Part shown: piece by piece, positions 46,273 to 60,495 of the stretch
How the letters are laid out: each line of letters opens with the position of its first letter
How positions within the stretch are numbered: position 1 is the stretch's first letter
From: Eledone cirrhosa
Taxonomy: Eukaryota
Direction: 5' to 3'
Assembly (NCBI GenBank): GCA_964016885.1
Contig: OZ024754.1
Location: forward strand, 25,606,001-25,670,000
DNA length: 64,000 nucleotides
The notes under the pieces: model-generated
Database searches by the model: none
What the model saw: the letters and a program-made list of their open reading frames with translations, nothing else
Told to the model about the DNA's origin: nothing
Made by a program: the position numbers and the translations under genes

Positions 46273-46722
46273 CTGTAAGAGATATAAATACAGCAATCAA
46301 TGTATTAGTGAAAGAGGAAACTGTAAGGGGAGAAAACTCTTGGTGTTTTCTGTAGCATTCTTTTCAAAACAAAAAGTAATGGGTCCTTAAATTCTGATGG
46401 TGTCGGTGCTAGGATGGTGTCCCTACGACGACACCATCCTAGCACACAGCACGTCTTCGGTATTTTAAACCTGGTAGAGCCCATCCCTCCCCAGGTCAGA
46501 AGGCAGCTAACTTGAGAGAGAAAGAGAGACAAAGACAAACAGCGAAAGAGACATACACAGACAAAGAGAGAAAATTTGTTAATTTGTTACAAACCCATTT
46601 GTTAACAAATGAGTTTTTTAATTTGTTTATAGTATATTGATTAGGGGACAGATTGTTGTGAAAATTTGTAGTGTTAAAGACTTCAATTTTCAATGTGAGG
46701 CAGAGTGCAGTTTTGTTCTTAA

Positions 46723-46969
46723 CCCTTTCATGACTGCATTTCTAATGAAATACACTTTATTTTAATTAATTAATGAAAAATTTTGAAGGATTTACTAACA
46801 ATCATTTACTAATAATTATTAATTATTTGATTCCTAAGATAGTAACTTAATATAAGGTTCTTATATAAAATTGTGTTGGAAGATTTTTATTTAAATAGGA
46901 ACTCTTTAAAATGGGTGGCTTTATTTCATAGAACCAGATCTGGTTTTGGCTGGGTTGGTAGCTAAAGGG
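46723..46969. mobile_element. Small TTAA-flanked MITE (piggyBac-like ends)
   Basis: TTAA-CCCTTT...AAAGGG-TTAA; right end duplicated in tandem (~79 bp). Confidence 0.55.
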
Positions 46970-47142
46970 TTAAATAGGAACTCTTTAAAATAGGTGGCTT
47001 TATTTTTTAGAACCAGAACTGGTTTTGGCCAGGTTGGTAACTAAAGGCTTAAGAATGCCTTGCTAATGTGGTTTTATGTGATACAAGATGTTAAGAGTTA
47101 AAATATAAATTTGTAAATGTGTTTAAAATTTTAAAAACCTAC

Positions 47143-47706
47143 CTTCAAAAACATCCAAGTGACTGAAGTTCAATTTAGTTGGAACCTCCTTCGGCCAGTG
47201 TAAATTGTTAATTTGAAAGACAGGATAATTGCCACTTACAGAACTTTGTACATTGTTAGTCATTTGTTTCACATAGTCATTGCCAGTCCCTGATTCTGGA
47301 CCATTGTTGGCAGAACTCAAAAGCTTTGCTGAAACTATGGCACTTTTGTTGGTATCTTGCAATGAACTGTTTTTGTAATTTGTTGAGTAATCTGATGAGA
47401 AAGGAAGCACACTTGTTGCTTGTGGGGCATGAACTGCAACATCGGAAGTTTTTTTAGCTCTGATGTTCATCTGAGCAAGTATTTTACTGTCATGGTCTAT
47501 CATTGCTTGATCAATGTCTGTGACAATTATTCCCCGTTTTAAGCAGTGACCATTGTCTGTTTCTGTTTTGTCAGTGATATCCAGAGAAAAACTTGAGCGA
47601 TGACTGGAGCGTTCTCTTGCCGGTTCATTGAGTTGATCAAGAGTCAAACTTCTGTGAGGATGACGTATATCTGCAGCACCTGATGAATCCAATGGTGAAG
47701 GATCCA
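47143..47706 (-). CDS. Host coding exon (probably first coding exon) of the same formin-like gene
   Basis: MDPSPLDSSG...LNFSHLDVFEG|gtagg, phase 1; strong acceptor at 48088 suggests an upstream 5' UTR portion. Confidence 0.7.
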
Positions 47707-48938
47707 TTTTTACCAAAGTTGAAGAAACAAAGAGATTTTTCTCAGATGAACTGTTTTATTTATTTATTAATATTATGTTCTTTCTGAAACTGTTCAAATT
47801 TAAACATAATATAATTAGAAAGTTTTCTTTAATCCATAAAACAAAGCAACACAAGCCTTTTAAATTGAAGTTTTAAGGTTTAAGAGGGGGCTTTCTCAAT
47901 AATGTTCATGTGAATTAGAAAATCATCAGAATGAACCTGATAGTTATTTCAAAGATGAAAGGCAAGAAGTAGCCATTTTAATAGGAGAAATAATAATTGT
48001 ATCTCCACATAAATAATACTTTTGTAATGAATGGTGGTGATTGTCCTGCATGTTGGATCTTCATTTTCTGTTCAACACATTGAGAAATCTGCAATGAGAG
48101 AGAGAGAGTGAGATAAATACAGAAATGATTAAATGGAAAAATGTAATCTGAGAACTTTTACCATTGTAGATAACATCAGGTTATGTTACATAGATAAAAT
48201 AATTATAATTTCATGGTACTTATAGAAAATAATGGTTTCTTATTTAGGCACAAGGCCAACAAATTGTATTCGCGATTGGATTCTTTCGATCGTTACCTAA
48301 GATTCATGACGATAGGTAAGGGTTGGCACAAATACCGAACTGAAGATAGCAAGTTTGGCTTTTACACCTATCTCCTTTCTTCTGATTACCGAATGCTGTT
48401 TATATTTATCGTTTATTTCAAGGTGTCAAACATTGTCACACTGAAACAGTTCCAGTGCATTTGATTTGAAACTTATTAACTGGATAATTTTTATAGACCT
48501 CAGAATTTTAATCTTTTTACTGATAAAAATTAGCAAGTTTCTAAGTTTCAAATAAGTTACGGTGGCTAAAATGACTTTTCTACTGTAATTGCTTTAGTTT
48601 TAACATAGTCTCAGATCAAATCGTTTGCTAGACAAGTACAACTCTGAAATTTTTTCTTCTGATTAGGATGAGCTGAAGTAACACATCTGCCAGGCACTCC
48701 AAGATTTGTCAGCTGCCACCATGAAATGTTCCTGATTCTAAGGTCCCTCAATGAAGTTATTAAAGCTGGAGGGTGTTATATTAAATAATTATGTAGTAAT
48801 TATGTCCTGTAACTTCATGTCTTGAATTTTCAATAAATTTTTAAAAGTAAAGATTTAATCCCTTTTCTCATGAACTCTGTTGACTGCGCCCATTCTACAT
48901 CAGTACCCTGCGTGCATGTGTGTGTATATATATATATT

Positions 48939-48970
<32 letters not shown>

Positions 48971-49569
48971 TATAAATATATATATATATAAGTAAACAAG
49001 ATCGTTATTGCTCCAACCAGTCTATTTACCTTCAATAACTACCCTAAATATACATACACTTACACTACACATATATGCACAATATACATATATAGAACAC
49101 AAGCAATCATCAAATGCCCTATGTGTAAACAATGCACTTGGAAAACAAAGCCAACAATAAACAAAGCATTTAGTGGACATGACCATCGGATTCCAAACTC
49201 ATAAAAACCGAGTCAACGATGAACTAAAGGCATACCCACAAAACTCCTTACTTCAGACATCATCCATATATCCTTGCCTTACTCTGAGTATGGGGGAAGT
49301 GGACTTTTTCAAGTAGCTGGCGTCAAATTACGCAGTTTCTGTATAATAGACATTAAATATCCATTATTACCTGCAACAACTACAATCCCATTAGGTAACA
49401 GGCCTTGTTCCACCCTCTCCAGTATACCCTTTACCTTAAACCCTCAAGCAATTCCCCCAAGATAATGTGATATCACGCATTGGGAAGCCCAGGTTTCAAA
49501 TAAATATAATATACATACTCAAATGCAAAACAGAATTGAAATAAAATAAAATACTAAACTATTAAATAG

Positions 49570-49835
49570 AGAGAGAGAGTCTGCAGTACTAAGACCAGGG
49601 AGACCACAAATCATGGGAGCACTCAATGCATAAGAAGATGCAGAGTGGATATAGAGATATGTATAAATATTCTTCTTAACCCCAATACACCCTTGATAAG
49701 GCTTGCTGGACACAAGTCAAAACAGCTTCTCGCTGTGGTCAGGTTTATACCTTTCTCTATACCTACTCTGCATCTTCCCATGCATTGAGTACTCCCATGA
49801 TTTGTGGTCTCCCTGGTCACAGTACTACAGACTCA

Positions 49836-49845
<10 letters not shown>
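49570..49845. repeat. Inverted repeat (~90-bp arms) whose spacer holds a decayed U3-A8 HHR
   Basis: GACCAGGGAGACCACAAATCATGGGAG / CTCCCATGATTTGTGGTCTCCCTGGTC; spacer TTGATAA-GGCTTG..CAAGTC-AAAA-CAGC..GCTG-T. Confidence 0.75.
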
Positions 49846-49867
<22 letters not shown>

Positions 49868-50075
49868 CATCATCATCATTATAACGTCTATCTTCCATGC
49901 TAGCATGGGTTAGACGGGAATTGTCCCATTTGAGGCAAGATTGGTCGGGTGACCGTGTCTCGCTTGTATAGGACTATGTGGCAGGTTTTCTACGGCTGGA
50001 TGCCCTTCCTAACACCAGTGTGGACTGGGAGCTTTTTACCATGTTACCTACACGACCACATTACAGCGTGAACTG

Positions 50076-50119
<44 letters not shown>

Positions 50120-50677
50120 ATATTTATATATAGAGAGAGAGATATATATAGATATATATCTAACATCTTGTTCAAAAACACAACATGCCACCCCGTTTAA
50201 GAATCGATGTCAACTGGCAAAAGTGAGTTGTACCTGCAAGTTAATGGGCCAGCCTGGTCACACTGAATCTCCATGAGAACTACGTTAAAGTGTGTACGTG
50301 TCTGTGGTATGCTCAACCACTTATACGTTAATTTGACGAGCAGGAAGCTCCGTTGATTGAATTAAAGGGAACACTCACCGTCGGAAACGACGGGGGTCCT
50401 TTTCCAACAACAAATATATAGAGAGATCAGGTATTTACCAGTTTTAAACTAATAAGACCATTGTTCAGCAGAGTACTCGATACTTGGGATAGTAGAGTGT
50501 AACTATATTAGAGAGGGTCGGGGCCCGATGGCTGAGCTCTTGCAATTTTGACAGCTAATTAGAGACTCAAATTAGCAATCTATACGCATCGAACACACTA
50601 ACCGTCTCTCTACCGGCTCGTAGTCTGCATAACTAATCACCTATTTCTCCTCTTGATTGGTTTCCTTGCTTTTTATT

Positions 50678-50708
<31 letters not shown>

Positions 50709-51335
50709 ACAAAGAAGTGATACCAGGTGGACCATAACGAACCAGAGTACTCGATACTTATGGTAGTAGAGTGGGTAATAGGAAAAGAGTCAGGACCCCG
50801 ACGGCTGAGCTCCGGTCGTTTCGACAGCTAGATCCGAACGATATATATATATATATATATATATCGGTCGGGATTTTACAAATCTCTATACACACACATT
50901 ATATATATATATATATATATATATTGCTGTTGCGTAGTAGTATTTTCCTATTTTGCGAAGAATGTTTTCGGTAGCGAAAAAAAAAATTGTTAATTAAATA
51001 TTGCTATTATTTCTAAATGTACGAAGGGAAGAGAAAACAGTTTGTTTCAATGAAAACATACCTTTTCACCACAACCCTCTCTGCTTGACAAGAAAGAGTG
51101 GAACAAATTGATTCAACTGCTGACGAAGTGTCGCTTGATGTAAATAAATGGTAATAAACCAATAAGCAGTCAGCAGCAGCCAGAGATAGTACAGGTATTA
51201 GCTTTTTGAAAAAAAAAATGCAGTGGTGGCTGGTTGTTTTGAAGTAGAATAATTAAAACCAAAATACGGCAGCACTTGGAAATGGTTTCGGAAGAATTCT
51301 ACCATGTTATTATTAATTAATAAAGATTCTGAGAA

Positions 51336-51352
51336 GACGCCACCTATCGACA
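51336..51352 (-). promoter_or_regulatory. CTCF-like motif near the presumed 5' end of the formin-like gene
   Basis: Minus TCGATAGGTGGCGTC resembles the CTCF consensus; candidate donor AAG|gtatg at ~51060. Confidence 0.2.
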
Positions 51353-51992
51353 GGTGTGCGAACAACTGAGCATAACTCTAAAAGTAACACTAAGTATAGT
51401 CACGATAATAAAAAGAAAGAAGAAAATAATGAATTAATGAATATTTAGGAAAGAAAGAGAAAATGGCTTGTTTAAATGAAAACACCTTTTTCACAGCTCA
51501 CACAAGTTACCCTGAGTAACCGTTTAATTCTGTATATAAGACGGTTTATATCATTGAGATAGTGTTGGTATAGGTTGGTGATATTTATACTTACACAGAT
51601 ATAGACAATTTAACATCGATTGTTATTTAAATCAGAAATTGATTATAATTTGAATGTTAATCTATGAGTGTAACTTTATTCCGAAGATTGTTTATATTTT
51701 ATAACAAATATCATAAGACGAAAAAGAGGAGATATAAAAGGAACGTTGTAATGAGTTTCGTATGACAAACAGACGTCTAGTGTATTTTATTTCCATACAA
51801 CAAATTAGAAAAGTTTATTATTCACAGTCGTATTAAAAATATAATAATATAATTCTTACAGAACGAAAACACAAACAAATATAATACGAGCCGCTATCAG
51901 AGCAAAAGATAACAATATCGCGAGGAGCACTGGGAAACCTCTCTAATATATAAGATTAAATATTTAGAGGCGAAGAAAAGAAAGAAAAGAGA

Positions 51993-52880
51993 GGTGGCCT
52001 GGTCGGAGACCATCAACACCTCCGCAGCTGCTAGCTGGGAAGGACCTGATGGCGGACATGATGTCTGCATCAGAAGCCACAAGGAGCAAGTGGGGGTCAG
52101 GTGGGGGTATGCGTCTGAGATCAGTGGGTGGCTCAGGGTGTTTGAGTCGCAGAGCAGCCAGGACCTCCTCGATGGGTTGGAGGACAGTGTCCTCTGAAGC
52201 AACAACTATGACTGCGGCCGAGACATCATCCATGATAATTTTGGCGTTAACCTGGTCACGCTAACGCTTGGCGCTGGCCTCGGGATGGAGGATAGCGGGT
52301 ACCTGAGGGTGGGTGTGTGGCGTCCCTGGGCACGCTTGGAATGGGCGCTCGCCCAAAGGGCGAGACATTAGCCTTGATGAAGGCTGCTGTTGACCAGCCG
52401 TCCCGGTCAGCGCTAGAGCTGCGGAGGCTGAGGGCGAGTGGGGCGAAATAGAACAGTCGCTCCCAGTCACTGGCTCGATTGGAGTCCAGGGTGCTCTCAA
52501 TCGAGGAAGCGAGGGCATCGGCTACCGGCACCCGGGCCGCTCTCGGGATCCTGAGTGGGATCTTCCGGAGCCGCCTGAGCCGAGCGATGTTGACTAGCGA
52601 GGCTCGGGCGTCAGACAAGCTCGCTATCCCATCTGGTGGTGTGCCAGACGGCCGTGGCTGGGAAGACGTGGGGAAGAGGCAGCTCCTGCACCCCCACGCT
52701 GCGAGGGCATTGGAAGCTCGACGAGTCAAGCCAACGCAGGTGAGGTGGTGGAAGCAGCCGCACCCCAAACAGTTCCGGCCCCTCTTCCGTTTGTTAGTGG
52801 TGCTGCAGGTGTCGGTTTGGAGGGATGGGGCGTGGGGCCGGGGACTGGGGCACTGAGCGGCATCAGGGGTGGGTGGAAGG
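51993..52880 (-). mobile_element. CRE-like (RLE-type) non-LTR retrotransposon fragment, N-terminal PHD-like finger to RT start
   Basis: CLGCGCFHHLTCVGL..WGCRSC, RIPRAAR..WERLF, AIRSFPASSCGGVDGLRPGHL; GC-rich island. Confidence 0.65.
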
Positions 52881-52892
52881 GAAAGTGCTGGT

Positions 52893-53170
52893 ATAGAAGG
52901 TACTTGCAGAAACATGACAACAACATACATAGGTGAGACAAATCGAAGCATAAGAGAGAGACTAGACCAACACTGAGGGGAATTAAAAGGACAAATAGAC
53001 GGTTCGGTACTATATGAACATGCCAGACGAAGACATGATGGTAATATAGACAACATAGAAATTAAAATAATATCTAAATATAGAAATGACTCAACAGATA
53101 GACAAATGAGAGAAACAACTGAGATAGAACTAAGAAAACCAAAGTTGAACAGAAACAATGAATGGAATAA
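52893..53170 (+). pseudogene. Penelope-like GIY-YIG endonuclease 3' fragment
   Basis: TCRNMTTTYIGETNRSIRERLDQH*..SVLYEH..H..DRQMRE..I..KPKLNRNNEW (hand translation). Confidence 0.8.
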
Positions 53171-53431
53171 CAACAACAACCATACACAAACACAATACTG
53201 CCCTAAGGTAAATAAATAAATAGGTATACACAAGTACAATAACAACAAACACACATAAACACACACTAGTGGACAAAGATACAATACAAACACACATAGA
53301 CTCAGGCACGAACACACACCAAACAGAAAACACATGCAAACGCATGCGCAAACAGAGACAGACAATAATAAATAAATTAATTAAATCAAAATGGCGTAGA
53401 CATAATAATACAACGGGAGGAAATATAATAG

Positions 53432-53475
53432 TATCACTGATGATGTCACAGCTGTGTGACGAAAGAACTTTGATA
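53432..53475 (+). ncRNA. Minimal type I hammerhead ribozyme in Penelope 3' pLTR
   Basis: TATCA-CTGATGA-T-GTCACA-GCTG-TGTGAC-GAAA-G-AA-C-TT^TGATA, ~260 bp downstream of the GIY-YIG fragment. Confidence 0.75.
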
Positions 53476-53703
53476 GACTATATATATTTATATCCATATT
53501 TTTAACCGTTGGTCTATCAATGATAAACATTGATTGCCAGCTAAATTAACTATCGAGATATAAAAGATACGGAAGCGAAAACCAATCCAAACCAAACAGT
53601 GAGTGTGTTATTACTTATAGCAAGATGTTAACAATATGACCCTCCCCAAACTATATATAACTTCTCAGCTGACCCTCGTGTGTGAATGTGTATATATATA
53701 TGA

Positions 53704-53814
<111 letters not shown>

Positions 53815-53959
53815 CAGCAAGTGGGCTAAGGAACTAGATGGACTATAACGCACCAGAGTACTCAATACTTAGGGTAGTAGAGTGAGTAATAGGAAAATAT
53901 TCAAGACCCCGATGGCAGAGTGCAAGCCGTTTCAACGGCTATTTCTGGACTGAAATGGA

Positions 53960-53974
53960 GTATGTGTGCATATG

Positions 53975-54045
<71 letters not shown>

Positions 54046-54716
54046 GATATATGTGAGTGCGTATATGTATTTGTATATATCTGTATATCTTTTTATATGT
54101 GTGTGTGTGTGTGTATCTATATATATATGCATATGTTTATGTGTATGTCCGTGTACATGTATGTTTGTGTATATATATATATGTGTGTGTGTGTTTGCAT
54201 GTATGTATATATGCATATATGTACATGTATATATACATGTATGTATATATATATGTGTATGGACGCACACACACACATATATATATATATATATGTATGC
54301 ATATACATACATGTATACATGTGTGTATATGTATATGTATATATGTATGTGTGTGTGTATATGTATATGTATGTGTGTATATATGCATATGTGTATACAT
54401 ATATGTATATGTGTATGTATATGTATGTATATATATGTATATATATGTATATATATGTATGTATATATATGTATATGTGAATGTATATGTATGTATATAT
54501 ATATGTGTCTATATATGTGTGTATATATATATGTGTGTGTGTATGTATATGTATATATATATATGTGTGTGTCTGTGTATATATGTGTTTGTGGGTATGT
54601 GTGTGTATATATATATATATGTATGTGTATATGTGTGTGTGTATGTATGTGTATATGTGTGTGTGTATATGTATATATATATGTGTATATATATATGTGT
54701 ATGTGTATATGTATAT
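53960..54716. repeat. Compound (TA)/(TG) microsatellite
   Basis: Direct sequence. Confidence 0.95.
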
Positions 54717-55043
54717 CATCATCATCATCATCATCAAGACCGTTTTACGTCCGTTCTTCCACGCTAGCATGGGTTAGACATGTTGTCCTGTTGTGGACAG
54801 TGTCCGGTCGGCTGACCTTCTCTTGCTCATACGGGAACTGACTCTGGTTTGATTTCTACAGCTGGATGCCCTTCCTAACACCAACCTCATTTACAGTGAG
54901 TGCTGGGTGCTTTTTTCCAGTGCTGGAGCAATGTGAAATAAAGTGTCTTGCTCAAGGAAACAACACATCACCCGGTCCGAGAATTGAACTCACAACCTTT
55001 CGATTGCAAGCCCAATGCTCTAACCACTAAACCATGTGCCTTC
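54716..55043 (-). mobile_element. tRNA-derived SINE with RTE tail, third copy
   Basis: Reverse complement of the 20000/21251 head plus (GAT)n tail. Confidence 0.82.
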
Positions 55044-55064
55044 ATATATGTATATGTATGTGTG

Positions 55065-55563
<499 letters not shown>

Positions 55564-55671
55564 TTTTTCTCCGGATTACTTTTGGAACTACAACTAGAAC
55601 CGTCGAGCAAACTCTACGTGAGCTGTCCATCTACTGTGTGTAATATTTATATTACAACACTACGGAAAATA

Positions 55672-55714
<43 letters not shown>

Positions 55715-55718
<4 letters not shown>

Positions 55719-56412
55719 TATGTACACGTACATACATATATGTATACAGATGTACAGTAGTATGTATATATATACACATACATGCATACATATATATATG
55801 CACGTATGGATTCACCGAACATTTATTATAATACTCGGTGTGTTTGTAAACAAGCATCCCGTATTAAGCCGTAGTGCCCAGCAACCATCGTTGCTCGTTT
55901 GTTCAACACTGACAAAGGAACGCTGTACTAGTTTCAAGCTTATTAGCTATCGTCAGCAACGTATACCTTCCTGCCAGATTGTTGAACGTATATACTTACC
56001 TTATGCATATTAACAGCTGAGTAGCCCAATTTGCATATCGAGTGGGTTGATCGGCCGGGTGCACCGAAAACGATAAACGGAAAAAATGTAACGAAATTTC
56101 ATTTCCCATTCTTAGTACGGCTGTTACTTAAATATAAGTATGTACACGTACATACATATATGTATACAGACGTACAGTAGTATGTATATATATATACATA
56201 CATGCATATATATATATGTGTGCATGTATGTATATATGTGCATATATATATATGTGTGTGCATGTGCATATACGTGCATATATATATGTGTGCATGTATG
56301 TATATATATATACATACTACTGTACGTCTGTATACATATATGTATGTACGTGTACATACTTATATTTAAGTAACAGCCGTGGGAAATGAAATTTCGTTTC
56401 ATTTTTCCGTTT
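55715..56412. mobile_element. Diverged family-A unit with partial tandem and 3' inversion
   Basis: Colinear similarity to the 1445-4601 unit; 56120-56210 inverted at ~56290-56380. Confidence 0.8.
55920..55962 (-). ncRNA. Type I hammerhead ribozyme, diverged family A
   Basis: ACGTTG-CTGACGA-T-AGCT-AATA-AGCT-T-GAAA-CTAG-TA^CAGCGT. Confidence 0.75.
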
Positions 56413-57655
56413 ATATATATATATATATATTTATATTACATGGTTGGGTCGTCGGCGACTAAACTGGCAACCCCACCAAGTTTACTTGGAGGGTGATTTT
56501 GGACACCCTGCAGGATAAAAAAAACTAAACCTAACAAATGGCGGAAGAACTCATAAGAGTCAATGGCCATCTAAAAGTGTGTAAATATGTATATACACAT
56601 GTACCGCGCGGTTAAACCACTGGGAGTGAAGGACCTCTAGTCTTTGTCAGGGCATTCTTCTAGGAGAAGGCAACTCAGGAAACTGGGATAACTCCGATAT
56701 AAAACCTGCGGCTCAATAGTTACCGATGATGTTGATATTTTCTTCTTTTCGGGTTATAGCTACTGTCGTCGTCAGAGAGTGGGATTGGCTCAGTGCACAG
56801 CCTTTCCTCACTTTAAAAAATATCTTCATGCACAGGCATTGCACGATAGAATTAATTAATAATTATTAATAATGGTATATCATACAATGGCCATACTCGA
56901 TAACGAGGGGGCAGCCATCATGTATACATATATATATTTTTTTCCTTTTATCTGAATGTGTGTATGTGTGTGTATATGAATGTACAGATATGTCTTTTTC
57001 TATATTGCTATATATATTTTTTTAATCTTTTTTATCCCGTTATTTTTCCAGCCTCACTTCCAACCCCAATTTTTAACAGTATTTTATATTTCATTTCATT
57101 TCATATCTTTTATCAATAACATCTCTATCTGACGACTGATCCAGACGTATATATTATCGTCTGTGATCCAGAAACCTTCGAAACTGTCATGTAATCTGTT
57201 GTGTGACTTTTCATGTTTATGTCATCTTTTTTATAACCCTTTCCTTACCATGCTTCTAATGCATTATTGGTACTTTATTTTAGCGACCCTGTAAATATTG
57301 AAGACAAAGCTAACCTCGGTAGGGTTTGAACTCAGATCGTATTATATGCCAACGCTCTACCGTTACTGCCAGATAGACACACGCGCACGCGCGCGCGTAC
57401 TATTAAAAAGAGAAGATAACTCTAATAGATAGAATACACTTGGGTTTAGTTACCTCCCTTAGATGCGTCAATTTTTGTGTTATTTTGCTTTTTTTCACTT
57501 TGCTGGTCGCGGCCATGCTGGGACACCACTTTGAAAAGATCACATCGACCCGAGTACATTTGTATTCACGTGTGATACTCATTTTATCGATCTGTCTTTT
57601 GTTGTGAAACAAACTGTAAATATAAAGGAAAACTGGATTAATTACACATACACAT

Positions 57656-57754
<99 letters not shown>

Positions 57755-57790
57755 TACACACACACAGATATACACTTATATATATAAACA

Positions 57791-58162
57791 CAGATAAAGT
57801 CTTCTGCCAGACATGTACAGCACACAGTCTCAGATCAAGTCTTCTGCCAGACATAACACACAGTCTCAGATCAAGTCTTCTGCCAGACATGTACAACATA
57901 CAGTCTCAGATCAAGTCTTCTGCCAGACATGTACAACACACAGTCTCAGATCAAGTCTTCTGCCAGACATGTACAGCACACAGTCTCAGATCAAGTCTTC
58001 TGCCAGACATAACACACAGTCTCAGATCAAGTCTTCTGCCAGACATGTACAACACACAGTCTCAGATCAAGTCTTCTGCCCGACATGTACAACATACAGT
58101 CTCTGATCAAGTCTTCTGCCAGACATGTACAACACACAGTCTCAGATCAAGTCTTCTGCCAG
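57791..58162. repeat. 40-bp minisatellite (~9.5 copies; two 36-bp variants)
   Basis: CAGATCAAGTCTTCTGCCAGACATGTACAACACACAGTCT units without unique spacers. Confidence 0.95.
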
Positions 58163-58198
58163 ATAAGTTCAACTCCGAAATATGTTATTTTCTTTTTA

Positions 58199-58536
58199 TT
58201 AATATTTTATTATTTGCTGATATCTATATTTCTTTATCAGACATTTATAATATAGTAATACACATAAATACACTATGGCCATCTTAACCAAACTATCCGT
58301 TCCATCGGTCTTCATATCAAAAGATGTTGAATATTTTTTTAAACGATCGTCTACAGAAACCAAATACTGAAAATTCAATATATAGTTCACATCATTGTGG
58401 TGTTCGAATTCTGAAACATCAATTTGGCGATTTCTTAATAGCGAATTCATTGGTGGTATTTTGGGTACATTTAGTTGTGGATACAGGAAAAACTGGTATC
58501 GATGGGTACCATGGCCTGGTTTAGGGCCTATATAGG
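58199..58536 (-). CDS. PEBP (phosphatidylethanolamine-binding protein, PEBP4-like), probable terminal exon
   Basis: Pyrimidine tract + cag|CC TAT ATA GGC; [21 protein letters not shown]. Confidence 0.82.
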
Positions 58537-58645
58537 CTGGTGGTGGTGGAGGAATAAAGAAAGAAAGAGAAGAATAAGTGTCGTAGAGTAAACACACATA
58601 TACATATATACATACACACACATGCACACACACACACACACACGC

Positions 58646-59115
<470 letters not shown>

Positions 59116-59142
59116 ATCTGGTGATTCTATAGACATGTTTTA

Positions 59143-59191
<49 letters not shown>

Positions 59192-59360
59192 AAACGGAGA
59201 CAGCAAAGCAAAAAACACAGTGCAATTAAGAAATATATTAGTTTAACGATTCGGATGCCAGTCCTTCATCAAAAGATAGAATGAGAAATAAAGAGTGAGA
59301 ATAGGAACGAACGGGAAAATGTCTTTTAGAAAAAGCACGCGTGCATTCAGTCAACCATTT

Positions 59361-59464
<104 letters not shown>

Positions 59465-59468
59465 TTAC

Positions 59469-59517
59469 GCATTCTGTCAGTTCTTGCAGCTTTTACACCC
59501 GTTTTCAATTCATTGCT
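59469..59517 (-). CDS. PEBP4-like internal 49-bp exon
   Basis: tttcag|AGC AAT GAA...AGA ATG C|gtaagt = SNELKTGVKAARTDRM+P; phases match both neighbours. Confidence 0.8.
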
Positions 59518-59582
59518 CTGAAAGGATTAACCATTTTATTTTGTATATAGATATAAATTTATCTAACAGTCAGTATATATAT

Positions 59583-59718
<136 letters not shown>

Positions 59719-59946
59719 TGGTTAGTTACTTTAGAGTGACGCACACATAAACTTTACAGGGTCTGGAGAAGGTTGTGTAAGTTTAGAAAGCCTTAAAACA
59801 ATTACAGGTTTAGAGACATATTAGAAGCATATATATATATATATATTAAGAGTTATGACCCGACAGCTTAGCTCTTTCCATACTCTACTACCCCATGTAT
59901 CGAATACTCTGTTGAGCAGTTGTCCAACTAGTTTTAAATTGGTTCT

Positions 59947-60002
<56 letters not shown>

Positions 60003-60143
60003 ATATATATGTATATATATATATATAAGTAGTAACACAACAGTTAGTTCACCATACCGAGAACAATTGTGTTACTACGTCTACCAAACTCGTCCCATGG
60101 ACTGAGTGCTCTACCACTACGGATATTACCTTCCAGTATTCTA

Positions 60144-60230
<87 letters not shown>

Positions 60231-60259
60231 ACTATATATCTTTAATCTGTTATTTTAAT

Positions 60260-60290
<31 letters not shown>

Positions 60291-60452
60291 GAAATTGGAA
60301 TAAATGCTCTGAAATAGCGATATATATGTGAATATAGACATAGAATATTCGAAAATATTCTGTATGTTTATAATAAACATTTTGAAGACCTAATCGCTAT
60401 AGAATAGAATACGTCACGTATTACAATTAGATTCTCGATAAAAGCAAGGGAA

Positions 60453-60495
60453 GTAATCTACGCGTTTCATTCTTGTTAGAAATCATCAGGACTAC
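60453..60495 (-). ncRNA. Type I hammerhead ribozyme, family B
   Basis: GTAGTC-CTGATGA-T-TTCT-AACA-AGAA-T-GAAA-CGCG-TA^GATTAC. Confidence 0.75.

Noticed and set aside
47392-47420. CTGATGA matches at 47392 and 47680
   Set aside because: Antisense to a coding exon, with no helices or correctly placed GAAA
48340-48460. CTGAAGA...GAAAC as a long hammerhead
   Set aside because: Helix III and cleavage triplet cannot be formed convincingly
50460-50835. Short dispersed repeat (also near 17200, 53815-53950, 59850) with GAAACG..CGTC on the minus strand
   Set aside because: Only a possible 3' half of a hammerhead; no CUGANGA half visible
52256-53365. 369-aa minus-strand ORF as one protein
   Set aside because: Chimera of antisense Penelope sequence and a CRE-like fragment
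57791-58162. CRISPR array
   Set aside because: No unique spacers, no cas genes, eukaryotic context; it is a minisatellite
59241-59275. Minus-strand TTGATGA-AGGA..TCC-GAAT hammerhead relic
   Set aside because: Two core mismatches and no helix I/III; too decayed to call
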